Shown here: piece by piece, positions 22,269 to 31,171 of the stretch
Position numbering within the stretch: the first letter of the stretch is position 1
How the letters are laid out: each line of letters opens with the position of its first letter
NCBI RefSeq assembly: GCF_000253055.1
Contig: NC_016070.1
Location: 450,001-482,000 of the forward strand
Direction: 5' to 3'
Length of the DNA stretch: 32,000 nt
Source of the DNA: Thermoproteus tenax Kra 1
Lineage (GTDB): Archaea > Thermoproteota > Thermoprotei > Thermoproteales > Thermoproteaceae
The notes under the pieces: model-generated
The model's database searches: none
What the model saw: the letters and a program-made list of their open reading frames with translations, nothing else
What the model was told of the DNA's origin: nothing
Program-made: the position numbers and the translations under genes

Positions 22269-23177
22269 ATGCCCTATGGATTGCGAGGGGTTCACGATCT
22301 GGAGCTCAAGATAGCGGAATTAATTGAGGAAAGGGCGTCCTGCCCTCAGCCTCCTCGCGTCGGCGGCGACTTGGGCCGGTTCCTCGCCGAGCTTATATCC
22401 AGGAGGAGCAAGCCCACGGTGGCCTATCTGGGCCCAGAGAAGTCGTTCACATGGGAGGCCGCTGCCGCATATCTCCCCGGAGCCCGTCTCGCGCCCTTGA
22501 GGGCCATATCCGAGGTATTCGACGCAGTTGAATCAGGCGCCGCCGACTTGGGGGTGGTGCCCTTCATAAACTCGCTTGAGGGGCCAGTGGGAGAGACAGT
22601 GGATTCGCTCGCCACGCGCTCCTTGAGCATATCTGTAGTGCTGGAGCTCAAGATAGTGTTGTGCTTCGCCGCGCGCGGAACGCCGAAGGTCATATATTCC
22701 CACCCCTACGCTATAGCGCAGGCCAGACGCCTCGTAGCCTCGCTCGGAGCACAAATAGTGTACACAAACAGCACAGCCGAGGCTGTCGAGGTGTTCAAGA
22801 GCTGTGAAAACTGTGGAGTCATAGCGTCCCCCAGAGCGCTAGAGGGCTTCGAGGCTAAATGCGGCGTGCAGGACGCAGACAGCTTCACGCGCTTCGCAGT
22901 AGTGTCCAGAGAGGCGCCCAAGGCTGGGAGCTATGCCGCATTGATATTCGCAGTGCCCAACGTCCCCGGCGCTTTGTACAAGGCGCTGGAGCCTATAGCT
23001 CAAGCCGGAGTGAACATGACTCTGATATATTCTAGGCCCACCCGGCTGTCGCCCTGGGACTATTTCTTCCTAGTGGAGCTTCAGATACGCGACGGCTTGG
23101 GCGAGCTTGTGGAGAGGCTGAGGCCTAGGACCACTCTGCTCAAAGTGGTCGGCAGATACGAGATAGTTCGCATTTAA
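22269..23177 (+). CDS. pheA: Prephenate dehydratase (PDT + ACT domains) with an N-terminal extension of about 45 aa
   Basis: VAYLGPEKSFTWEAA marks the PDT start. The ACT domain reads IFAVPNVPGALYKALEPIAQAGVNMTLIYSRP. Confidence 0.88.
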   Translation: MPYGLRGVHDLELKIAELIEERASCPQPPRVGGDLGRFLAELISRRSKPTVAYLGPEKSFTWEAAAAYLPGARLAPLRAISEVFDAVESGAADLGVVPFINSLEGPVGETVDSLATRSLSISVVLELKIVLCFAARGTPKVIYSHPYAIAQARRLVASLGAQIVYTNSTAEAVEVFKSCENCGVIASPRALEGFEAKCGVQDADSFTRFAVVSREAPKAGSYAALIFAVPNVPGALYKALEPIAQAGVNMTLIYSRPTRLSPWDYFFLVELQIRDGLGELVERLRPRTTLLKVVGRYEIVRI

Positions 23178-23221
23178 TCGATATCGAAAAATTTTTATAT
23201 TTTCGATTTCGTAATCGATAC

Positions 23222-23467
23222 ATGGCCTGGCGGAGTTGGTGGTATGGAATGCCGCCGTGGCTTAGACATGGAGGATGTGGCGGATGGAGGAGCTGGCCGC
23301 CCCTCTGGGGCGACTACGATACATGGCTGGACTTCCATTTGAGGGCCGCCGTGTGGCAGATTAGAGGGCTGGCTCAGTTCGTGAGGGAGAACGCGAGTAA
23401 GCTGGATCCTCAGACCAAGGAGGCTCTGGCGAGAGATCTCGAGGAGCTACTGAGGCTCCTCAAATAG
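23222..23467 (+). CDS. Small Trp-rich hypothetical protein (81 aa)
   Basis: The N-terminus is MAWRSWWYGMPPWLRHGGCGGWRSWPPLWGDYDTW..., followed by an amphipathic C-terminal helix. The ATG is 24 nt from the centre of the AT-rich TATA region 23190-23206. A T7 tract follows the stop codon. Confidence 0.5.
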   Translation: MAWRSWWYGMPPWLRHGGCGGWRSWPPLWGDYDTWLDFHLRAAVWQIRGLAQFVRENASKLDPQTKEALARDLEELLRLLK

Positions 23468-25604
23468 CCTTTTTTTCTTGGAGCAGGCCGCGGGCCTGCT
23501 CCACTATTCCTCTCGCCAGCTTTTCTCCAAAGCCTGGCAATTTGGCGATCTCTCTGGGCTCCGCCTTGGCTATATCTTCGAGCGTTCTGTAGCCGTGTTG
23601 ATACAGAGTTCTGGCGCGAACTCTTCCCACGCCCTTCAAGTTGAGCACTAGGGGAAGGAGCTCCTCCCTCACGCCGTAGACTACTCTGAGGGTCACTTTG
23701 GCCATCGCCTCGCCCCTCTGGGGGAGCCCAACAGCCCTCGCCAGCTTGGCGGCGGCAGAGCCCAGCCAGTCGAAGAGGTCCACATAGACTCTAATATCGC
23801 CGGGGCCCACGCCGTATTTCTCATAAAGCTTGTCCTCGGGCACCTCGTTCGCCCACTCCCACAACATCTGCACAGTCTTTACCTCCTCTCTGAACTCCTC
23901 GTCGTCTTCGTCCACGACGTCTGGGAAGGATCTGGCTATCTCGGCCGCCAGCTTTTTGTCGAATCTGCCCCGCCAGATCTTGGGTACGTCGGACGCCTTC
24001 GCCACTATATAGATATAGGCAGGTTGGCTCTCGCCCCTCATTCTCCTTATTAGGTCTATGTAGAGCGCGGCCACCTCGGGGTCTACGTAGAGCCGCGCCA
24101 CGAGTTTGCCGAGCTCTGTGGCGTAGTACGCGTCCCCCTCTCCCTCAAGAAAGCCCCACGAGGTCAACTGCTCCAACGCCTTCTCGGCCTTGCCTCTGGC
24201 AATAGACATCGCGGCCGGCCCGAGCTGTGAGTAAGCAAGTGTGGAGGAGAGGTAGTCCAGCACTTCGTCGAGCGAGGACGCATACCTGCTTCCCACAACG
24301 CCGAGCAGGTGGCCTCTGAGGTTGGCCTCGGAGAACAGCTGGGACCTCACAGACTCCACTGGCCCGCGGATATAGTGCTCCTCGATATACTCGGCCTCTC
24401 TCCCGTTCGAGGCGATGGCTATCGCCTCCCCATAGGGGTCGAGGCCGGGCCTCCCAGCTCTTCCGGCCATCTGTCTGTACTCCATCACAGGTATCTCCTC
24501 GTTTCCCACCAAGGGGTCGTAGCGTTTAACCTCTGTTATGATCACGCGCCTTGCTGGCAGGTTGACGCCGGCGGCCAGAGTCGTCGTGGAGACCACGACC
24601 TTAACGACCCCGCTCCGAAATCCATCCTCAACGAGGCGCCTCAACTCCAGCTCGAGGCCTGCGTTGTGGAAGGCGACCCCTCTGGCGACAGTGGAGGCCA
24701 GCTCGCTCCCTATTATCCTGCTCGCCGAAGTAGACTCTATCTCTGCCGCGAGCTTTGCAGCCGAGCTCGCGTCGATGAGCTTGCTCTCGCTTGAGGCGAT
24801 CGCCTCCGCTATCCTCTTCGCCGTGTTGACCGTCGCCGCCCTGCTGTTGACGAAGACCAACGCCTGTCCGCCGTCGGCAAGGGCGTCTAGGGCCAATGCG
24901 ACCTCGGGGTCGTGGAACCTCGGCACTCGCCTAGTTGAACCGTCGGCGTAGCGTATTAATCCATCGAAATAGACGCCCTCTTTAAGGGGAACAGGCCTCC
25001 AGCTCGATTTTATGAGCTTGGCGCCGAGCCAGTGGGCGAGCACCTCGGGGTTCCCTATAGTTGCGCTCATGGCCACCAGCTGGGCGCGGAGCCCCAGATA
25101 CTTCGCCTTGGCTATTATGGACTCTAAAACGGGGCCCCTCTTCGGGTCCCCCACGTAGTGCACTTCGTCGAGTATCAACGCGCCTACTCTATTCAGCCAT
25201 CTCGGCCTATGTCTCAACAAGCTGTCCAACTTCTCGTAGGTAGTTACAACTACATCGTATTTATGCAACCACGCGTCCTCTGAGTCGTATTCGCCCGTGG
25301 ATACTGCCACGTCCACAAGGTCGCCATAATAGGAGAAGTGCAGCTGCTTCTCGTACGCCAACGCTTTCAGAGGGACTGCAAACACGGCCATTCTGCCTTC
25401 CAGAGCCGTCTTCACTGCGACGATCTCGGCGAGCAGCGTCTTGCCCGACGCAGTCGCCGTGGTCATCAAAATGTTCTCCCCCTCCAAGATCCCGGCCTTG
25501 ACGGCCTCCTCTTGTGGAGGAAACAGAGTACGTATGCCGCGCCTCTTGAGCGATTCTCTGAGCTCCGGCGGTATAGACAAGGAGGATATGTCCACGTAGC
25601 GCAA
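23460..25604 (-). CDS. hel308: Ski2-like DNA helicase Hel308/Hjm
   Basis: 714 aa. Motifs include FPPQEEAV, TATASGKT (Walker A) and LILDEVHYVG (DEVH), with a C-terminal HhH-type domain. TTG start 10 nt after the upstream zinc-ribbon gene. Confidence 0.93.
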   Translation of the reverse strand: MRYVDISSLSIPPELRESLKRRGIRTLFPPQEEAVKAGILEGENILMTTATASGKTLLAEIVAVKTALEGRMAVFAVPLKALAYEKQLHFSYYGDLVDVAVSTGEYDSEDAWLHKYDVVVTTYEKLDSLLRHRPRWLNRVGALILDEVHYVGDPKRGPVLESIIAKAKYLGLRAQLVAMSATIGNPEVLAHWLGAKLIKSSWRPVPLKEGVYFDGLIRYADGSTRRVPRFHDPEVALALDALADGGQALVFVNSRAATVNTAKRIAEAIASSESKLIDASSAAKLAAEIESTSASRIIGSELASTVARGVAFHNAGLELELRRLVEDGFRSGVVKVVVSTTTLAAGVNLPARRVIITEVKRYDPLVGNEEIPVMEYRQMAGRAGRPGLDPYGEAIAIASNGREAEYIEEHYIRGPVESVRSQLFSEANLRGHLLGVVGSRYASSLDEVLDYLSSTLAYSQLGPAAMSIARGKAEKALEQLTSWGFLEGEGDAYYATELGKLVARLYVDPEVAALYIDLIRRMRGESQPAYIYIVAKASDVPKIWRGRFDKKLAAEIARSFPDVVDEDDEEFREEVKTVQMLWEWANEVPEDKLYEKYGVGPGDIRVYVDLFDWLGSAAAKLARAVGLPQRGEAMAKVTLRVVYGVREELLPLVLNLKGVGRVRARTLYQHGYRTLEDIAKAEPREIAKLPGFGEKLARGIVEQARGLLQEKKAI
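23470..23476 (+). terminator. T7 tract 3 nt after the stop of the Trp-rich ORF, embedded in the hel308 3' coding end
   Basis: The sequence is TAG-CC-TTTTTTT. It is followed by a perfect 10-bp inverted repeat, GGAGCAGGCC-GCG-GGCCTGCTCC (23480-23502). Confidence 0.45.
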
Positions 25605-25613
25605 GTCCCATTC

Positions 25614-25859
25614 CTATAAAGCCTTTCCCTCCAGGAGGGCGCTACGCACTACGTAGGCGAGGTGGAGGCTAGCCATCAACTCTCTCCACATAAAGGCTCC
25701 GTCTCTGTTGAACTGCCTCACAGAGCTTTCGCTCATCCAGACGGAGATGCCGCAGTTTCTACACGAGAGGACGATGCGGCCGTTGGACTCTGCAAACACT
25801 AGGGGCGAGCCGCATCTGGCGCATCTATACGTCGTATAGAGCCACAGTACTCCGCCCAA
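25614..25859 (-). CDS. Small zinc-ribbon protein (81 aa) upstream of hel308
   Basis: YRCARCGSPLVFAESNGRIVLSCRNCG is a CxxC...CxxC motif. TTG start, with the TATA-like CTTTTTAAC about 25 nt upstream. Confidence 0.55.
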   Translation of the reverse strand: MGGVLWLYTTYRCARCGSPLVFAESNGRIVLSCRNCGISVWMSESSVRQFNRDGAFMWRELMASLHLAYVVRSALLEGKAL

Positions 25860-25891
25860 CGGACAATAAAAAGGTGTTAGTTAAAAAGGGC

Positions 25892-26323
25892 TCAGTCGGC
25901 CGCGGGCCCCCTCTCCTCTATCTTCTCTCCGTATTCCATCAAACCGCGGAGGACGCTCTCCTCCCCTATTAGATCCCTGATCGATATCACGCCGTAGAGC
26001 TTTCCGCCCTTTGTAACAACTACATGTCTGATGTTGTGGCTCCTCATAACCTCGGCGACCTTCCAGAGAGGCTCTGAGGCCTCGACGGTGATAACAGGGC
26101 TAGTCATGTACTTCTCGGCAGGCGAGTTGAGATCGACGCCTGTGGCCAAAAATCTAACGATATCTCTCTCCGAGATCACACCGAGCGGAGTGTCGGGGGC
26201 GTTTTTGTCGACTACGACGACGATCCCTATCTTCTTCTCAGCCAAGGTCTTGGCGACGTCCTTCAGAGTGGTCGCCTTATCAACTGTTATGGGGGGTTTT
26301 CTGGCCAACGTCTCTGCGTTCAT
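25892..26323 (-). CDS. CBS-domain pair protein
   Basis: 143 aa with two CBS repeats: VGVISERDIVRF and LYGVISIRDLI. Confidence 0.85.
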   Translation of the reverse strand: MNAETLARKPPITVDKATTLKDVAKTLAEKKIGIVVVVDKNAPDTPLGVISERDIVRFLATGVDLNSPAEKYMTSPVITVEASEPLWKVAEVMRSHNIRHVVVTKGGKLYGVISIRDLIGEESVLRGLMEYGEKIEERGPAAD

Positions 26324-26485
26324 AATGTCTCGATTCTTGATGATATAAAAATTTTTTGTAAATTATAAATATAACAATTAGAAGCAATGTTTTAGATACA
26401 TTACAGTAAAAGAGCTAATATTCAGGAACCTTTTTGAGGCTGTACCTTTTAGTTAACTACAAAAATTATTCAGATAGACTGCTAT

Positions 26486-26986
26486 ATGCCTCTCACAGGC
26501 GGCGTCGCCGAGTCTGTGAAGCTGAGGGTTATCATAACCAAGGACTTGCCCTCAATTATCGGGCTAGGCCCATTTAAGGCCGGCTCCGCGGCCGCGCTGC
26601 CGGCCTCAGTAGCGTTGAGGCTTGTCGACATGGGCGCTGCACAGCTCGACGAGACCGAGCTGCTAAAGCCGCAAGATGTACAGAGCTTCAAATACTCCGA
26701 GGAGAAAGATCAATGGCCAATTCAACTCCCCGAGGACTTTTACGCAAGAGCGAAGGCCTCCATACTCCAGCTCAAGAGAGAGGGCGACTCGCGCACTATG
26801 GGCCAACTGATTAGCGCCACTAGAGACCTCTTGATAAAGAGGGTGGAAAAGATAGCCCGCCTCTTGGCCGCCTCGCCGGACCTAGTGGAGAACAACGACT
26901 TTATGGCGAGGCTGACGCCCGAGGAGAGAGCGCTTGCCCGGGCTATAGACCTAGAGTTGATATCACTTCTGCGGGAGGTGCTCTAG
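26486..26986 (+). CDS. gins23: GINS complex subunit, Gins23-type (B-domain N-terminal, A-domain C-terminal)
   Basis: GLGPFKAGSAAALPASVALRLVDMGAAQL parallels the Psf2 segment GPFxPGxxxxVPxWLAxxL. The helical part reads LPEDFYARAKASILQLK...TRDLLIKRVEKI...LTPEER. Confidence 0.65.
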   Translation: MPLTGGVAESVKLRVIITKDLPSIIGLGPFKAGSAAALPASVALRLVDMGAAQLDETELLKPQDVQSFKYSEEKDQWPIQLPEDFYARAKASILQLKREGDSRTMGQLISATRDLLIKRVEKIARLLAASPDLVENNDFMARLTPEERALARAIDLELISLLREVL

Positions 26987-27023
26987 GAATCCCTTTGTCG
27001 CCGGCCCCCGAGGGCTCCGAGAC

Positions 27024-27029
27024 TTTTTT
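27024..27029 (+). terminator. T6 tract about 40 nt after the gins23 stop
   Basis: The sequence is GGGCTCCGAGACTTTTTTGAGCTCGG. The oligo-T is flanked by CCGAG/CTCGG complementarity. Confidence 0.45.
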
Positions 27030-27057
27030 GAGCTCGGTGGACTGCGGCAGAGATCAT

Positions 27058-28062
27058 TTAGGGGCCCAACTTCGCCCTCCTCAGATCAATCGTCTGCTCA
27101 GGCTCGGGGCCCGTCCCTATGAGGGTCACCGGCCTCCCCAGCGCAGCCTCTATATCATCGATCCACTTCTTGGCATCAGCTGGTAGATCCTCAAACCTAG
27201 TCTTGCCGGCGGCCTCCTTGAACACGGCGTCTAACTTAGTTATTGCTATCTGGGTCGGCGAGTTCAACATGACGGCTCTCTTAGCAAGCTCCAGATTGAA
27301 GGGGGCGGCCCTACGGGGCCTGCCGGTAACAGCGCCTCTCTCGACCCATCCCAAGCGGGCGACCTCATCCTGCGGCAGCTCGCCAGGGAGCGGGCCGTTG
27401 CCCACCCTCGTTACGAAGGACTTAAAGACGAGGATGACCTCGTCCACGTCTTTGGGGCCTACGCCCGCCTCGCTGAGTATGCCAGAGGCCGTCGTGTCTC
27501 TGCTGGTCACATAGGGATAGGTCCCGTGGTATAGCGAGAGGAAGGTGCCCTGAGTCCCCTCGATTATTACGCCGTCCCTCTTCCTCTCTTGAATCAGCCC
27601 AGGCACGTCGGCCAGATAGGGTCTCAGCTCCTCCACGTCCTTGGCAAGCCTAAGCCGCCGCAAGACTCTCTCCACCATGGCAGCGCCCACTCCTTGGCCC
27701 GTAGAGCCGACGGTCTTCATCAGATGCTCATCGCTCCTCTCCATCTCTACGTGCCGCTCCTCGATCACGCCTGCGTTGTAGTCGACTCTCGCTCTATCGG
27801 CTCCATGCGCCTTTGCCTCAGCCAGAAAGACGTCTGTCTTTATTAGGGCGCCGGGCGCTACGGCGAGAAGAGAGGAGGGGTTCACGAAGCAGCTGGGTAG
27901 AGTCCTCAATACGTATTGAGCTCCCCTAAACACTACAGTATGGCCGGCGTTGGGAGCGCCGGTTCTAACGCACAGAGAGGGAGAGTCCCTCAGGGCTAGA
28001 TACGCCGTTATTTTCCCCTTGCCAACGTCCCCGAAGAACCCGTCAACAATTACAGAGATCAC
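27058..28062 (-). CDS. purA: Adenylosuccinate synthetase (short archaeal form)
   Basis: GDVGKGK is the P-loop, NAGHTV is also present, and 334 aa is typical of archaeal PurA. GTG start, with the TATA element CTATATAAAC 27 nt upstream. Confidence 0.9.
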   Translation of the reverse strand: MISVIVDGFFGDVGKGKITAYLALRDSPSLCVRTGAPNAGHTVVFRGAQYVLRTLPSCFVNPSSLLAVAPGALIKTDVFLAEAKAHGADRARVDYNAGVIEERHVEMERSDEHLMKTVGSTGQGVGAAMVERVLRRLRLAKDVEELRPYLADVPGLIQERKRDGVIIEGTQGTFLSLYHGTYPYVTSRDTTASGILSEAGVGPKDVDEVILVFKSFVTRVGNGPLPGELPQDEVARLGWVERGAVTGRPRRAAPFNLELAKRAVMLNSPTQIAITKLDAVFKEAAGKTRFEDLPADAKKWIDDIEAALGRPVTLIGTGPEPEQTIDLRRAKLGP

Positions 28063-28132
28063 ATAAATCCAATAGAGGACTAGTTTATATAGTTATGCTT
28101 CTAATTTTAAATGTTCTATTAAATGCCATACG

Positions 28133-28195
28133 GCCGCCGGCCTCCTCGTCCATAGTATCTGTACCTGGGCGGAACGAGGAACTTTTTTCGGCGGC
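28133..28195 (+). ncRNA. Orphan nested-helix element with an internal U6 tract (candidate small RNA or regulatory structure)
   Basis: The outer helix is GCCGCCG 28133-28139 / CGGCGGC 28189-28195 (7 GC pairs). The inner helix is CCUCGUCC 28144-28151 / GGAACGAGG 28171-28179 (8 bp with one bulge). T6 lies at 28183-28188. AT-rich TATA-like blocks at 28101-28127 are upstream. The strand call is tentative. Confidence 0.35.
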
Positions 28196-28213
28196 AGGTT
28201 TATATAGAGTTTA

Positions 28214-29665
28214 ATGGAGCATTCGGTGATAAGGCAGTATCTATCCCGCCTCAAGACTCTGGACGCGTATATTGGGAGATTTGATGTCGTTATAGTTGGA
28301 GCGGGGCCCGCGGGGCTCTTCGCCGCATACGAGCTGGCCGAGGCCGGAGGCCTAAGGATCGCCCTAATTGACGGCGGCCTGAGGGCTTCGCAGAGGGTCT
28401 GTCCACTGCAGACTCCTCTCGAGAAGTGTACCTTCTGTGTGCCGTGCCACATAATGTATGGAGTGGGCGGGGCGGGGACCCTCAGCTCCGGCTTGATCAA
28501 TCTTAGGCCCGATGTGGGCGGAGATCTCCACGAGCTGGTGGGAGATTGGGACAAAGCCGCGGCTCTGATAAACTACATAGACTCTATATTTGTAAAATTT
28601 GGAGCGCCCGACAACATGTACGAGCCCAACATGGAGGCTATACAGAAGCTTTCCACTATCGCGGCGAGGGTCAACGCCAGGATAATCCCGATAAGGCAGC
28701 GCCATATGGGCACCGATGGATCCCGGAAGGTCGTTGAGTCCATTACTCAATATCTAGAGGGAAGGGGGGTCTCTCTGTACACCTCTACGTGGGCTCTCGA
28801 CGTCGAGAAGAACGAGGGGGGCTTCGTGGTCAAAACTAACAGGGGGGTCCTCCAAGCCCCCGCTCTCCTATTGGCCCCAGGGAGAGGCGGCGCTGAGTGG
28901 TTGGTCAACACTATCAAGAAGTTGGGCGCCGAGCTGTCCTACGGCCCCATTGATATAGGCGTAAGAGTCGAGGTGCCCTACCAGGTCATGAGGCCTCTGA
29001 CGGATGCCGTCCATGACCCTAAAGTCATATTGTATACCTCAAAATACGACGACAAAGTGAGGACTTTCTGTACGAACCCCAGAGGCTTCGTGGTGAAGGA
29101 GGTGTACTCAGACGGCACAGTGGGGGTGAACGGCGAGGCGTATCTGGAGAGGAAGAGCGACAACACCAACTTCGCCTTCTTAGTGACGCTGAAACTGACC
29201 GACCCCATGGAGGACACCATAGAGTATGGAAAATCTATAGCACGTCTTGCGACCAAGCTGGGAGGCGGCAAGCCGTTGATACAGCGCCTCTACGACTTAG
29301 AGAGAGGCCAGCGCTCTACGTGGGAGCGCATAAGGAGGTCGAGCATATCGCCCACGTTGAAGGACGTAACTCCAGGCGATATCTCCCTCGCCCTCCCTCA
29401 CAGAGTAGTTGAGGACATCATAGAGGGGCTGAAAAAACTCGACGAGCTGGCGCCGGGCGTGGCGAGCCCTCAGACGTTGATATATGCCCCGGAGATAAAG
29501 TTCTACTCGGCCCGGCCCGCCGTCGATAAAGACCTCCAGACCACCGTGAGGGGCCTCTTCGTCGCCGGCGATGGGGCCGGTCTGTCCCGCGGCATAAATG
29601 TGGCCGCGGCAACCGGGGTGATCGCCGCCAGAGGTATACTCAAGTATCTATCGGGCAAGGGCTAG
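28214..29665 (+). CDS. FAD-dependent protein (COG2509-like uncharacterised FAD-dependent dehydrogenase)
   Basis: [21 protein letters not shown] is the dinucleotide-binding GxGxxG motif, with a C-terminal [10 protein letters not shown] motif. About 480 aa. The start may be GTG 28226, which is 24 nt from the TATA element GTTTATATAG. Confidence 0.75.
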   Translation: MEHSVIRQYLSRLKTLDAYIGRFDVVIVGAGPAGLFAAYELAEAGGLRIALIDGGLRASQRVCPLQTPLEKCTFCVPCHIMYGVGGAGTLSSGLINLRPDVGGDLHELVGDWDKAAALINYIDSIFVKFGAPDNMYEPNMEAIQKLSTIAARVNARIIPIRQRHMGTDGSRKVVESITQYLEGRGVSLYTSTWALDVEKNEGGFVVKTNRGVLQAPALLLAPGRGGAEWLVNTIKKLGAELSYGPIDIGVRVEVPYQVMRPLTDAVHDPKVILYTSKYDDKVRTFCTNPRGFVVKEVYSDGTVGVNGEAYLERKSDNTNFAFLVTLKLTDPMEDTIEYGKSIARLATKLGGGKPLIQRLYDLERGQRSTWERIRRSSISPTLKDVTPGDISLALPHRVVEDIIEGLKKLDELAPGVASPQTLIYAPEIKFYSARPAVDKDLQTTVRGLFVAGDGAGLSRGINVAAATGVIAARGILKYLSGKG

Positions 29666-30085
29666 GTACATCGAGCCTATCCCCAGGAGGACGGCGAGGG
29701 CGTTCGCCAGAGGGTCGTTGTACCTCACATGAGCCAACGCGAACCTACGACATTTTGGATTGCAGATATAGATCCCGTGCTCAGTCACAACATCTAACGC
29801 CAAATGCAGAGGGCCCGCCAACGCCCCGGCCAACAGAGGGAGGTAGGAGTGGGCCAAATAGACGGCGGGCGCCGACGACAACGCTCCCCACGCGAGCGAG
29901 CGCAGAGGAGTGTGCGTGAGAGGGGACCTCCGCCTTCCGCGGTGTCCCAGAAAGTCTATGACGACGTTCGCGAGGATGGACACGGCCCACGCCTCCCACA
30001 GCGCACGCCACGGCTCTACGCCGACTGCCCGCAAGATCAAGGCGAGGGTCCCTGCTGTGAACACCGCGTGTGTCGCCAGCTTCAC
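29648..30085 (-). CDS. Small integral membrane protein, possibly a YdjM/DUF457-like metal-dependent hydrolase
   Basis: 145 aa with 3-4 hydrophobic helices and His-rich loops (THAVF, GHRGRR, THTP, EHG). GTG start 25 nt from the shared TATA at 30104-30112. Confidence 0.45.
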   Translation of the reverse strand: MKLATHAVFTAGTLALILRAVGVEPWRALWEAWAVSILANVVIDFLGHRGRRRSPLTHTPLRSLAWGALSSAPAVYLAHSYLPLLAGALAGPLHLALDVVTEHGIYICNPKCRRFALAHVRYNDPLANALAVLLGIGSMYLALAR

Positions 30086-30103
30086 AACGCGGAATTGACA
30101 TGA

Positions 30104-30112
30104 CTTAAATAC
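30104..30112. promoter_or_regulatory. Shared TATA element CTTAAATAC for the membrane-protein gene (-) and pelota (+)
   Basis: It is centred about 23 nt from GTG 30085 (-) and about 25 nt from GTG 30133 (+). Confidence 0.5.
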
Positions 30113-30120
30113 TGTGCGGC

Positions 30121-31143
30121 GTGCATAACGGCGTGCAGATAGCTGTGAATAGGAGGAGGCGGACTATAGTAGTAGTCCCCGAGAGGGGGGACGACCTCTA
30201 CTTTGTCTACCTCTTGGTGGATAGGGGGGATGTAGTGAGGGGCTGGACAGTCCGGGAGTACAAGCCTGAGGGAGCCAAGGAGGGCCAGAGGATAAAGGTC
30301 TATCTAGCCGTCAGAGTGGAGGCGCTGGAGTATCATAAATTTAGAGGCAGCCTCAGAATACGCGGCGTAGTAGTGGAGGCCCAACAAGACCTCGAGGGAG
30401 TGAAAGGGAGGAGACATACGTTCGACGTATTGCCGGGAAGAGAGATAGAGATTGAGAAGCCCGAGGGCTACCCAATGGAGCTCGTCGACGAGGTGGCGCG
30501 GCTCGCGGCGGCCTCGATGCCCCGCGCACTGTTGGTCTCTGTGGACGACGAGGAGGCGGCTATCGCCTACGTCACGGCCCTCGGCGTGGAGATCTTGGCG
30601 GTGTTGGAGAACAGGCGCGGCAGAGGGGATGCGGCCGAATCTAAACAAGAGGCCCTGGGCCCCTTCCTTAAAGATGTAGCTAAGGTCGCAGAACAGTACA
30701 GAGTCAGGCTCAAGCCGGACAGAGTGGTTCTTGCGGGACCTCACCTCTACATCGATATGTTGTCCTCCTTCCTCAAGGGAGTTCTGTCTCCGCAGTCCTC
30801 CGGCGGCGTAGCGGGAGTCTACGAGTTCCAGAGGAGCGGAAAATTTGAGGAGCTCAGAAGGGCGTTGGGATCGGAGGCCATGGACGAACTGATGAGGACG
30901 GCCTCGGACAGACCGGAGCTAATCGCCGTGGGGATAGAGGCGGTGGCCGAGGCGGCCAGAGAGGGGAGGGTCCGGCTCCTCTTGGTGGTCGACCAAGAAC
31001 TGAAGGAGATGGCGGAACAGCTCAGCGAGATCCTGAGGTTGGTCTTTGCTGCCAAGGGGGAGATCAAGATAGTGCCCGCCGAGGGCGAGGCCGGCGAGAG
31101 GCTAAAGGCCATGGGGGGCGTAGCGGCGGTCCTTCGATATTAA
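30121..31143 (+). CDS. pelA: Pelota (Dom34-like mRNA surveillance/ribosome rescue factor)
   Basis: PERGDDLYFVYLLVDRGDVVRGWTVRE...LRIRGVVVEA is the Pelota N-domain, and the C-terminal part is eRF1-like. The likely start is GTG 30133 (MQIAVNRRRRTIVVVPE). Confidence 0.9.
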   Translation: MHNGVQIAVNRRRRTIVVVPERGDDLYFVYLLVDRGDVVRGWTVREYKPEGAKEGQRIKVYLAVRVEALEYHKFRGSLRIRGVVVEAQQDLEGVKGRRHTFDVLPGREIEIEKPEGYPMELVDEVARLAAASMPRALLVSVDDEEAAIAYVTALGVEILAVLENRRGRGDAAESKQEALGPFLKDVAKVAEQYRVRLKPDRVVLAGPHLYIDMLSSFLKGVLSPQSSGGVAGVYEFQRSGKFEELRRALGSEAMDELMRTASDRPELIAVGIEAVAEAAREGRVRLLLVVDQELKEMAEQLSEILRLVFAAKGEIKIVPAEGEAGERLKAMGGVAAVLRY

Positions 31144-31171
31144 AAATTTAAATTTAGATCCAAACTGAGTT

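Noticed and set aside
26324-26485. Replication origin next to gins23
   Set aside because: There are no ORB or mini-ORB-like repeated boxes and no orc1/cdc6 or whiP gene nearby. Two ordinary divergent promoters explain much of the AT-richness. I kept it only as a low-interest finding.
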